Shown here: positions 1 to 11,927 of the stretch, piece after piece
Layout of the letters: each line of letters opens with the position of its first letter
Position numbering within the stretch: position 1 is the first letter of the stretch
DNA from: Mobula hypostoma
Taxonomy: Eukaryota
Reading direction: 5' to 3'
Length of the DNA stretch: 64,000 bases
Assembly (NCBI RefSeq): GCF_963921235.1
Contig: NC_086107.1
Coordinates: forward strand, 109,184,001 to 109,248,000
Translations under genes and position numbers: made by a program
The notes under the pieces: model-generated
Seen by the model: only the letters and a program-made list of their open reading frames with translations
What the model was told of the DNA's origin: nothing
The model's database searches: none

Positions 1-2103
1 TGAAGTTTAAGAGACTACTAGACAGGTATATGGAGGAATTTAAGGTGGGGGCTTATCTGGGAGGCAGGGTTTGAGGGTCGGCACAACGTTGTGGGCTGAA
101 GGGCCTGTACTGTGCTGTACTATTCTATGAATTCTATGAATCCATTGCCGCTGATAGATTTGGAAGCAAAGCCCTGTTGTCACCTTTGTTGTTTGATTTC
201 ACTTTGAAAGAGATGTTGTTGTTCAAGCCCCTGCCACAGGTTCATTGTTTCAGCTTTAGTCCGGAATTGACACTTCACCCATGAGATGGGTTTCCGGAGA
301 TTGTAGCTGGACCTCTTGTAACTTTGTGGTTACACACTTTCAACCCGAGACCACAAAGCCCTCCAACTTAAATTGGTAATAACTTAAAAATAAAACTGCA
401 GTGCATACATACCAGGTGGATGGAGAACTGGTTCCTAATCAGGCAGTGTGCATACAGACCTGACTCTGAGGCTCCAAGAAGCAAAGTTTGCCAGACCTTT
501 GATGGGACATTCCTTGTCAAAATCTTTATGACTGCCAGCGTTCTCCTGATGTATCTTAACAAGCTTTTCATCCTCTGCTGCATGATCTTCTCAACACCCC
601 GTGCATCTAGATAGACCAGAAGACCGTAAGATACAGGAGCAGAATGAGGTCCTTCGGCCCATCGAGTCTGCTCCACCATTTCATCATGGCTGATCCATTT
701 TGATCTATAGTCACGGAGTAATGTAGCAGAGAAGCAGGCCCTTCGGCCCATTGCGACGATACGAGTAATATAGCAGAGAAGCAGGCCCTTCGGCCCATTG
801 TGACGATATTAACCATTACCTATCGACACTAATCCCAGTTATCAGTACTTCATCCATAGCCTGCCACGGCTCAGCAATTCAAATGGTGCGAGCAGACTAG
901 CCTGCACTACCACCACCACCTCACACAGTGTGTTCGCCCCTGTGGGGGAAGAATAGTTCTTCCTCAGGTCCCCTCTAAACCATTTGCCCCTCAACTTAGA
1001 CCTTTACCCTCTGACCCTAGACAGCTTTGTTATGGTGGAAGTCTCCCGCTGTTCACGGACAGTCTGTCTCTCATGATTCCGCTAAACCTTTACCAGGCCA
1101 CCCTCGAGCCTTTGCTTCTTGGTAACCGCAACATTTCATTCTGCCTTCTGTAAGTGTTCTTCCCTTGTGTTAGCTCAATACGCTGACGAGATTAAATGAT
1201 CTCTGTGCATGCTAAACAACGTTCTTCACTCTGCCTCCACACTTTTTTTTTACCCAGCGATACAGCTTGGAATAGGAATTTCCAGCCCTTTGTGCTGTGT
1301 TGCCCAGCAACCCCCCCCCCCCACCGACAACCCCGATCTAACCCGAACCTAATCACAAGACATTTTACGGTGACCACTTGCCAATGGGTGCCATGGCAGA
1401 GTGGTGGTTGGCAATAAGCTGTTCCAGCTCGGAGTTCAGTTCCAGGGCCATCCTGTAAGGAGTCTCTGTATGTCCTCCCTGTGGAAAGTGCAGATTTTCC
1501 CCGGGTGCTCCAGTTTCCTCCTGCAGTCTAACAGCATACCGGCTAGGTTAATTGGTCATTGTAAATTGCCCCGTGATTAGATAGATAGATAGGTATACTT
1601 TATTGATCCCGAGGGAAATTGGGTTTCGTTACAGCCACACCAACCAAGAAAAGAGCATAAGTATAGCAATACAAAACCCACAAACAATCAAACAACAATA
1701 TGCAAACTATGCCAGATGGAAATAAGTCCAGGACCAGCCTATTGGCTCAGGGTGTCTGACCCTCCATGGAAGGAGCTGCAAAGTTCGATGGCCACAGGCA
1801 GGAACGACCTCCCGTGCTGCCCAGTGTTGTATCTCGGTGGAATATGGCCGGAGTCCAACAGCAAAAAGTTCAATATCCGCTCTACAAACACGTTAGGTTA
1901 GGGTTAATCGTGGTTTTGTCAGGGATTGCTGGGGCGCCGTGGCTCGAAGCTCTGGAAGGCCCTACTCCACACTGTTTCGCGAATTGATTAATTAAGCTAC
2001 TGATTGGTTTGCCTTTGGAGTGTGGGAGGAAACCAGAGCACTCGGAGAAAACCCAGGCATTCCACGGGGAGGACAAACAGAAGATGCCAAGGACGAATTC
2101 CGA

Positions 2104-2476
2104 TGTAATTTGACATCTCCGAATCCTTCTTATTAACTTAAAACATATGAATAGAGGAGCGGAGTTGACGACATTACTGAACGTGTACAATTTAAGATAT
2201 TGGTCTAGCCCTGCTTTGTTCCGTTTGCTTTTTTGGGTTTAGTATTTAGTTCTTTTTGTTTTCTTGTTTTTTTTGGGAGGTTTTCTTTGTATTTTTTTTC
2301 TTTTTATTTCTTTTTTCTCTATGATTAATTACATCATGAGTTTGGAAGTCTATTATACCTGTGTTATCCGAAATCTTTTCTGTATCTGTTTACTAACAAT
2401 AAGATTATTTGTATCAACATTGTTATTTTGTTTATAACTTTGGAAAAATTAATAAAAGGATTTAAAAAGAAAGAAA
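2104..2476 (+). mobile_element. Short retroposed 3' UTR fragment (L1-like) with AATAAA and A-rich tail
   Basis: 9-bp TSD GAATTCCGA at 2095-2103 and 2477-2485; T-rich body; AATAAA followed by an (AAAG)n tail. Confidence 0.65.
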
Positions 2477-3900
2477 GAATTCCGAGCTCAAAGCCCCGAA
2501 CTGTAATAGGGTTGTGGAAACCACTAGCCTACTGTAGCGCAATGATAAACAATAATAAACCAATATGTGACAATAATTAACCAATTTCCCAATTTTATTT
2601 GCTCAGGGAAGATATATCCCGCCTACACAGTGTCTTCTCAATTGAAACATTGAGCAAGTGAGCCCTTAACCACCAGACGCTTGAACAAAAGAGGATACAC
2701 TACACTCACTTGCCCCGTCATTGAGATGTTCCCACAACCAATGATCTCACTTTGAGGGCTCTTTATCTGATGGTCTCGTTATTTATTGCTATTTATTTAT
2801 ATTTGCATTTGCACAGTTTGTTGTCTTCTGCACTCTGGTTGATCTTTCATTGATCCTGTTTACAGTTTCTATTCTCTAAATTTGCTGAGTATGCCCACAG
2901 GAAAATGAGTCTCAGGGTTGTATATGGTGACATATATGATAATAACATTTACTTTGAACTTTCAACAGCTTGGTGACTCCCTTTGGTAACTCTTTCCACT
3001 GCTCTGCATCCCTTTACAACATCAGTTTCCATTTAAGATTCCCATTATCATCGTCTCTCTGTTGTGCCGTCCACACCACTCCATATCCCCGTGAACGTGA
3101 TCCGGCCCCGTACCCTATGATATCTCTGTGCTCTTCCAGTGCTGACCTCTGGGACATCACCGAATGCGCCACCATTGGTGGCCGTGCCCCGATCTGCCAA
3201 GGTGCTAAGCTCCAGAACACCCTCTCTGCTGCACTCTCGTCCTCTTCAGAACCTGTCTGTCTCTCTGAGGGATTTGGTCATCCATGGGAACTACCCCTTC
3301 AGTGGTTCAGGCTGAAATTCTGGTTGATAACTTTTTCAGTTGTGAGACGTGAACCAATTTCTGATTGTTGCGTTTACAAGAAAGATTTCATCGACCCAGC
3401 CAGGGTGCAGAGAGGATTAATGAGGATGATACTAGAAGATATTTATTTATTTATTGAGATCGATTGTGGAATTGACCTTCCAGCCCTCCAAGCCTTGCCG
3501 CCTAGCAACCTATGATTTAACCCTAGCAAAATCATGGGACAATTTACAACGACCAATTAACCTACTAACCAGTGCTTCTTTTGACTGTGGGAGGAAACCA
3601 GAGCACCTGGAGGAAACCCACGCATTCCACGGGGAGGACGTACAGATTCCTAACAGATAATGTCGGAATTGAACTCTGAACTCTGAACTCCGACACCCCA
3701 CGCTGTAATAATGCCATGAAGGTGACGGCAATGAGGAAAGATTGGATCGGCTTGGGTTATTTTCTTTGTAACAGAAGAGTCTAAAGGGAGGTGCCGACAA
3801 CTATACCAGACCTAGATAGAAGGACTTTATCGTCTTAGCATGGAGGTGAAAAATCAGGGGGCGTAGATTTAGAGAGGGGAATTGAGGGAAGGTGGAATTC

Positions 3901-4617
3901 AACAAAGGAGCTGATTGTGGACTACAGGAGGAGTGGAGACAGGCTAACCCCTATTGACAGCAATGGATCCGGGGTTGAGAGGGTGAACAGCTTCAAGTTC
4001 CTTGGCATTCACATCACCGAGGATCTCAAGTGGTCTCTACATACCAGCTGTGTGGTGAAAAAGGCACAACAGCACCTTTTTTATCTCAGACGGTTGAAGA
4101 AGTTTGGTATGGGCCCCCAGATCCTAAGAACTTTCTACAGGGGCACAATTGAGAGCATCCTGACTGGCTGCATCACTGCCTGGTGTGGGAACTGTACTTC
4201 CCTCAATCGCAGTACTCTGCAGAGAGTGGTGCGGACAGCCCAGCGCAAATGTAGATGTGAACTTCCCACGATTCAGGACAGTTACAAAGACAGGTGTGTA
4301 AAAAGGGCCCAAGGGATCACTGGGGACCCGAGTCACCCCAACCACCAACTGTTCCAGCTGCTACCATTGGGAAATGGTACCGCAGCATTAAAGCCAGGAC
4401 CAACAGGCTCCAGGACAGCTTCTTCCACCAGGCCATCACACTGATTAACTCACGCTGACGCAATTCTATTTCTATGTTATATTGACTGTCCTGTTGTACA
4501 TAATATTTATTATTAATTACTATAAATTTCACATTGCACATTTAGACGGAGACGTAACGTAAAGATTTTTACTCCTCATGTATGTGAAGGATGTAAGAAA
4601 TAAAGTCAATTCAATTC
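3901..4617 (+). mobile_element. Rex1/Babar-like LINE 3' fragment (same family as 52133-53215)
   Basis: ORF 3917..4444 FKFLGIHITEDLKWS..KKAQQHLFYLRRLKKF; near-identical 3' UTR ending AAAGTCAATTCAATTCA. Confidence 0.88.
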
Positions 4618-5839
4618 ATGGTCTGAAGGCAGACATGTTCAACAGACTGAAGCACAACTTGGATGTGGGCTGAGGTTGCAGGAACACACCCAGCGCGATG
4701 AAGATCTTTCTCAACTGACACCGATACGATGGACAGGAAGGCCTCACCCTGTACCGTACTATGCTACTGTAGGAGCCCCTGTACATTCACGCCTCTCCCA
4801 CAGTGAGCAATGGAGGTGGGACGTGCAGGCGATGAGGCAGGAGGACTTCCTCCGCTCTGACGCATGGAGTCCACTTACTTATTTACACTCAGACATACCG
4901 CACGGTGACCACGGTAGCATTGCAATTAACATGACACTATTCCGGCCTGGAGATCAGAGTTCAACCCCAGCATCCTCTGTAAGGAGTCTGTGTACGTCCT
5001 TCCTGTAGTTTACCCCAAGGAGCTCCAGTTTCCTCCCACAGTGCAGTGACGTAGCGGGTAGGTTAATTGGCCATTGTGAATCATCCTGCGATTAGGGTAG
5101 GGTTAATCGGAGTTGTTGGGGGGGGGTTGCCGGGGCAACGTGGCTCGAAGGGCCTACTCCACACTGTATGGCTAAATAAATATATCCATATAACCATATA
5201 ACAATTACAGCATGGAAACAGGCCATCTCGGCCCTTCTAGTCCGTGCCGAACTCTTACGGCTCAACGCCGCGCCTCCCAGTTGCACCCATGTGAGCCACT
5301 AACCCATGACACGTACGTCTTTGAAATGCGGGAGGAAACAGCTGTAACATTTTGTCTGGTTGGTGGCCTATCCAGGGTGTATGGGGGGAAACCCCGGCCT
5401 TTGAGCAGTTTAGGGTGAGCTTTGAGGGGTGAGACAGTTGTTTAGTATGTTCCAGTGTTTTCTCGTTTCGCTGAGCGCCCGTCGCGAATTAATCTCCGTC
5501 GCAGAGCTTGTTCCTGTAAAGTGAGGCATCTGAGTTTCTTCCCAGTAAGCTCAATACAATCTGCGGCATTCCATCATGAAGCAGTTGAGAGTAGAACAGA
5601 CTTTAGCTGTTGGTGAACAGTGTGACGAGCTCAGAATGAAACCCTCCATTGAACATAAAAATGGGACTCACTAAACCCCTGGATTGTCTCCCATTGTTCA
5701 ACTGAACACACAGTCACTCACGTTCTCTGACTTTCCCGGTGCCCTGTAATCTTCCAACGTCCAGGAGAGCTGACAGTCACCGTCCACACGACGTTCAAGG
5801 CTCAACTCCTACAATCGCGACTTTTGTTTCCCCCAACAG

Positions 5840-5923
5840 GAGATCGTGGACTGGTTCAACGCCATCCGAGCCATCCAGTTCCACTACTTAAAGGTGGCTT
5901 TCCCTGGGGCGAGTGACCATGAG
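5840..5923 (+). CDS. ADAP1: ADAP1-like (centaurin-alpha) internal coding exon, end of PH1 domain: EIVDWFNAIRAIQFHYLKVAFPGASDHE
   Basis: Polypyrimidine tract + CAG acceptor (5837-5839), GTAAGT donor at 5924, 84 bp, phase 0/0; closely resembles vertebrate ADAP1 EIVDWFNALRAARFHYLQVAFPGASD. Upstream exons were not found in the window. Confidence 0.93.
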
Positions 5924-6968
5924 GTAAGTGAAGCACGGGGAGTTACACCGATGGAAAGGAGCGACAGGTACAGCACGGACACACCCTCCTTCAGACTTGC
6001 TGATAACTAGTTCCGTGTGCGTGCCTGTGTGTGAACATGCGCGTGAGAGAGATTGATACAGCACAGAAACAACCCAACTTGTCCACGCTGACCCAAGTTG
6101 CCTACTTGTGCCGGCTCAGAACACGAAAGGCCCTTCAGCCCCTTGATCTTGTGCTGACCTTTTAACCTACTCTAAGTTCCATCATGCTGTTCTGATTGCC
6201 CCACTGTAGGAAGGACATTGAGGCTCTGGAGAGGGTGCAGAAGAGGTTCACCAGGTTTAGAGGGCATGTGCTATCACGAGAGGCTCGATAAACTTTTGGG
6301 TTGTTTTCTCTGGAGCGCCAGAGGCTGAGGGGAGATCTGGTAGAGGTTTACAAGATTATGAGCGGCATCGATAGAGGGGACAGAGAGTGTCTGTTTCCCA
6401 GGGTTGAAATGTCTAATACCAGAGGGCATGCACTGAAGCTGAGAGGGGGTAATTAAAGGGGGATATGAGGGGTAAGAGTGGAGGATGCCTGGAATACGCT
6501 GCCTGGTATCATGGTAGAAACAAGTACATGAGAGACTTTTAAGAGATGTCTGGATAGGCACATGGATGTGAGGAAGATGGTGGGATATGGACATTGTGCA
6601 GGTAGGAGGGATTAGTTTCTTGTAGTTGTTGCTTTACTTTTTAGCTGGTACAGCACAACATTATGGGCCAAAGGGCCTGTTCCTGTGCTGTAGTGTTCTG
6701 TGTTGTATATTCTCTGATTGTTTATTCATTACCATTGATGTTTATGAGAGAGAGGAAGAGTGTGTGTGAGGGAGAGAGAGAAAGAAAGAGAGAGGGGGAG
6801 GGGAGGGAGAGGGAGGGAGAGAGAGAGAGTGAGAAAAAGAGAGTGAGTCAGAGACAGAGAGAGAAAGAGGAAAAGGGAGAGCAATAAAGAATCCCTAAGG
6901 CTGGAGGCATGTGAGTGGCCATTTGCGGCCTCCGTGTTGCTACACGTCTGTGTGTACAATGTAAGATA

Positions 6969-7001
<33 letters not shown>

Positions 7002-7691
7002 GGGGGGTGGGGTAGTGGTGAGAATGTGGAACCCCTGGAGAGACTGATACTGTGAACATTTTTTGAACAAATATACAGAAGTTAATTCACAAAACAAACA
7101 ATAAACTTTTGACAATTTCAAATGAAAATACGCTTACTATTACGATTGAACTCGTCTCGGGTTTCAGCCGGGTACGATTACTGATTATAACTGACGTTGC
7201 CGTGAAGATCCCGGAAGAAGGTGGCAGAGTTTGTCATCGAAACGTCAGTTGTTATCAATACCTGTACCCGGCTGGGAGCCCATGAAGAGTTCATTCATCA
7301 CGTACGCCGGAAGAGCACTAGGTCCTTTTTCACGCTTTCTATTATCTTTCAAACCCTTCTCTGCGGAGTCCACCATTCTGGAACTCTCCCACTGTGCCCA
7401 TAGAAACTGTGGGCTCCCTCTCCAAGGACACCCGGGCACAGACATAAGAGGGACAGGCATTGAAGAGTGGTGAGGGGGTAGGGGTCCGGTGCCAACATGG
7501 AGATCAGATGAAGAATGACAGGTGCCGAGTGTGGGGACTGGCTCTTGCACGGAGATGGTATGAACACAGACCATTTGGACTGAAGTGATTTGCTGTATGT
7601 AGCAGCTACAGGGGCTGTGTTGGGACCTGATGAAGCAAAGGTCGGATTTATTTCTCCCTGGGGACGCTGACACTTCTTTCATGTGTTGCAG

Positions 7692-7754
7692 CTGACGCAC
7701 AAACTGACCCGAAATTTCGTAAAGGAAGGTTACATGGAGAAGACTGGGCCCAAG
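7692..7754 (+). CDS. ADAP1: ADAP1-like coding exon, start of PH2: LTHKLTRNFVKEGYMEKTGPK
   Basis: TTGCAG acceptor, GTAAGA donor, 63 bp, in frame with neighbouring exons; KEGYMEKTGPK is the ADAP-family PH2 signature. Confidence 0.93.
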
Positions 7755-8423
7755 GTAAGAGAACACCGTGGAACCAGCCAAAGCCATTGGTTTGTCATCT
7801 CTGAGCAATCACATATCTCCCACTCAACGCCCGGGACTAGGGTGTAAGCACAAAACTCAGTCTGTTCCTGTAATCTGAACTCAGTGTGCTCATAACTTCT
7901 GCCAAAGTCCCTCACTGAGTGTTCCGGTGGTACAACAGGAAAAGTGTAGTGTATCAAGGACACTTCTTGGGTCTTTCTGCAAACAGGCAGTGGAGTGGTC
8001 AATCACATGACAGAGTCACGAGAGGGATGGGAGCCTTGAAGTGACAACGATTGGTTTTCAGCGACAGGTTCATTCTTGTAGTTGGCTTTGCAGTCCTACC
8101 AAACATGGACCTCGGGCCACTTTCCAGAGTGCTCACTGATCGTCAAGGGCTAGGGCAGCACGGTAGCGTAGGGGTCAGTACAAAGGTCCGCAGCACTAGT
8201 GACCCGGACTCAATTCCTACCGCAGCCCGTAAGGAGTTTGTACCGTCTCCCCGTGGGGTTCCTCCAGGTGCTCCGGTTTCCTCACGCTTTCCAAAGATGT
8301 TTGTGGATAATTTGGTCATTGTAAATTGTCCCATGATTAGGCAAGGATTTAATTGGGGGATCGTTGGGTAGCACAGCTTGAAGGGCCTATTCCATGCTGT
8401 ATCTCAATAAAGAAGTCAAGAAG

Positions 8424-8722
8424 GAAATAATATCTGGAAGCATACAAGAAAACATTGAGAACATAGACCTCAGGGAAAATGATCCAATTCCCAATGTCCT
8501 CACCAATCTTCAGGACATAGTATCTTGAAACATATAAGGAGAAGACATTGAAATCATGGACCTTGGGGAAAGTGATCCATTTTCCAATGTCCTCATTAAT
8601 CTTCAGGAGGTAATATCTGGAAACATACAAAGAGACATTGAGGACATAGACTTCGAGGAAAATGATCCAATTCCCAATGTCCTCACCAATCTTCAGGAAA
8701 TAATATCTTGAAACATACAAGG
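8424..8722. repeat. Tandem repeat, about 3.3 units of 90/93 bp
   Basis: TATCT(G/T)GAA at 8431, 8521, 8614, 8704; CCAATGTCCTCA..AATCTTCAGGA occurs three times. Confidence 0.9.
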
Positions 8723-11025
8723 GGGAGATTAAGAACTTAGTACACTTGAATGTCTAGAAGAGTATAGAAAGTCTAGAATAGAATGGACAGCTTCAGAGTG
8801 AAATGAAAGGGAACTTAGATAAACAAAAGATATGGAAAAGATCAGAAACTCCAGGGGTACTTTACAGGTACATAAAGAGTGAGTGGATATCTCGGGAACA
8901 AATAGGGTCAATTAGGGATCATAAAGGCAACCTAGGGGCAGAGGATGGGGTGAAGGTTTGTAATGAATATTTTGTGAACATCATGAGTATACTGACGTTG
9001 TGATTAAGGCAAATGAGTGTGCGATGGGATAAGCCTATTGAGGGGTGATATTTATAAATGGATCGATCACCATGAAATAGATCGCAGGCTGTTAAACAAA
9101 GCTAGGAAGGAAATTGCAGACACTCTCACTACAATTTTCCAATCCTCTTCGACTACAGGATTGGTGCCAGAGGGCAGGAAGACACTTAACATTGTACCGG
9201 GAGGAAGAAAGGTGTAAATGAAATAATTAATGGCAGGTTTTTGGAATCTATTTGAAGGAACAGTATAAACATTAATGTGTAAAGGCAGAGATTGCTGGGG
9301 GAAATCAACATGAATTGATAAGAGAAGGATGTGTCGGACGATTGTATTCTTCCAGGACGTAACTATGAAGGTAGATGAGGGTGGTGCATTTAATGTTTTC
9401 TACCTAGATTCTAGCAAGACTTTTAATGGCAGTCTGATCAAAATGGTGCAGGTTCAGGAGATCCAAAGGAGAGTGACAAATTCAAGGCAGATTTGATTTG
9501 GGTGTGGTGTAGGAAGCAGAAAGTGATGGTTGCTATGTGATATTGAGAGTAGATGAATGCTGCACAGAGGTCAGTGCTCAGTAACACATACAAAATGCTG
9601 GAGGAACTCAGCAGGTCAGGCAGCATCTATGGAGGGGATAAACAGTCGACATTTTGAGCTGACAATATCAATTAGGGTCTCAGCCCAAAACATTGACTGT
9701 TTAATCAACAAAACATACAGTGAAATGCATCATTTGTGTCAACAAGAGTCACCACATATTCTGACACCAACATCACAGGCCCACAGTTCTTAGCTGAATG
9801 ACACAACACAACAAGCAACCAGACAACAGCAGTGAAAAGAGCCCCATTCCTCCCTCCCACCCACACACATACACAGTCCTCTAACCCCTGGCCAGGCCCT
9901 CGTCTTCGGCCTGCAGCCTCCAGCGGTCTCTGATTCGGACGCGGACACACAGGCATTGGGCCTTTGACTACCCCAGCAGACTCGCAGAGATTGGCAGAGT
10001 CAGGGCTCCGGCCAACAGGCTTTGAATTCAGACTTCCGGTTCGACTTTCAGGCCTCGATCCTCGGCACCAATCCCTGGACCCACCTATCACCAAACACCA
10101 GACTCTCGTCCAGACTCGCTGCTGACAAGATTCCAAACTCCAGGCCACGAACTCGGGTCACACCGATTCGTGAACCTAGGGGTCATTAAACCTCGTTTCC
10201 CCATCGGACGTGGAATTTCGACTCTGGAACCCGCCGACAACTCAAAGTCCGGTCTTTTTGTGCATCCCAAGGTTCTATCGTTGGGAAAACCATCTTCTAT
10301 CGCCTGTAGAGCAAATATTCTAAAACAATAATGGAATGAAAACGTGAAATAAATGCAGACAATATTAGAAACGCTCGGCAGGGCAGGCAGCTTCTGTGGG
10401 AAACTAAGCAGCGTTAACATTACAGGTGAAAGACGTGTCAGATCCAGGAAAGAGAGAAGAACAAGTTTGTTGTTTGTTTATTTATTTATTTATGTGTTTA
10501 TGTATTTACTTATTTAAAGATACAGCGTAGAACAGGCACTCCCAGCCCAACAAGCCACGTTGCCTAGCAACCCACCTATTTAACCCTAGCCTAGTCACAG
10601 GACAATTTACAATAACCAACTAACCTACTAACTGGTACGTCTTTGGATTGTGGGAGGAAATGGAAGCATCGGGAAGCAACCCACGCGTTCCACAGGAAGG
10701 ACGTGCAAACTCTTTATGGAGAGCGCCGGAACTGAACTCTGAACTCCGACACCCCGAGCAGTAATAGTGACGGGCCAACCCCTACGCGACCCTTAAGTTG
10801 TAGAGAAGGTGAGGAGGGAGGATTGAGGAGTTAAAGGGGGAGAGCTGAGAAAGGGTTAAGGTCAAGCCAAGGTGGGTTAATGGGGCAGACAGGCAGAGTT
10901 CACTCTTCTTGGTGCGTGTTATGAGTTACTAATAGCAGGGTTGTAGATGTGCCCACATTTCAAGCTGGGCTAATAGGGGAGGGAGAGAAAAACAATCATA
11001 AACAGCAGAAATGAAGAGGATGTGC

Positions 11026-11302
11026 AAACACGAGGAAATCTGCAGATGCTGGAATTTCAAGCAACACACATGAAAATTGCTGGTGAACGCAGCAGGCCAG
11101 GCAGCATCTATAGGAAGAGGTACAGTCGACGTTTCGGACCAGGACCCTTCGTCAGGACTAACTGAAAGAAGAGATAGTGAGAGATTTGATCTCTTACTAT
11201 CTCTTCTATCAGTTAGTCCTAACAAAGACTCTCAGCCCGAAACGTCGACTGTACCTCTTCCTATAGATGCTGCCTGGCCTGCTGCGTTCACCAGCAATTT
11301 TT
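11026..11302. mobile_element. Non-coding fold-back Penelope-terminus insertion (about 115-bp arms, 3-nt loop)
   Basis: Inverted arms 11073-11185 / 11189-11301; 15-bp TSD ATGAAGAGGATGTGC at 11011-11025 and 11303-11317. Confidence 0.85.
11124..11159 (-). ncRNA. Minimal hammerhead ribozyme motif (left arm of a fold-back Penelope insertion)
   Basis: Reverse complement reads AGTC-CTGACGA-AGGGTCCTGGTCC-GAAACGTC-GACT. Confidence 0.75.
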
Positions 11303-11927
11303 ATGAAGAGGATGTGCCTCACTTAAAGTTGGAGAACTCTAGGCCACTGTTATAAGACTATTGAATGCCTCCCCCCCCCCCAGTATGATAAGATAGGCTG
11401 TTGGCCTCACAGTCCATTTCACCAAGGTCTTGTCCCTTATTGTCTCGTCACTGCAGCCCTGTGACTATTCACTTCATTCTGCATTCCATCATTGCTTTTC
11501 CTCTCAGGCTACCTTTTCGAATAAATGATCTCACCCCAACACTGAACTGATTCCACGACCTGCAGACTCACCTTCAGGACTCTACACCTCGTGTTCTCAG
11601 TATTATTTATTTATTTTATTTGCAGAGTGTGTCTCCTTTTGCACATTGGTTGTTTCTCTGTCTTTGTGCGTAGTTTTCCATTGATTCTATTGTATTTCTT
11701 TGTTCTACTGTGAATGCCCACAAGAAAATGAATCTCAGGGTAGTATGTGGTGACAAGTACTTTGGTAATATATTCATTTTGAACTTTGATCTTTAGAGAT
11801 AGCATGCAAATCAAAGTTTTCCACAGTGAAAGTTTTAACAATAAAAATTAATTTACAAGTTAATCATTTTATGATTAAAAACAATAAACTAATGCCTGCA
11901 AGAAAATGAATATCAGGGTGACAAATA

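Noticed and set aside
368..751. 127-aa minus-strand ORF
   Set aside because: Its N-terminal half comes from CR1 3' UTR repeats; the remainder has no recognisable domain or clear splice signals.
724..808. 47-bp tandem duplication (also the approximately 70-bp repeats at 28810-29010 and 83-bp repeats at 40516-40647)
   Set aside because: Local slippage within known repeat tails; no further structure.
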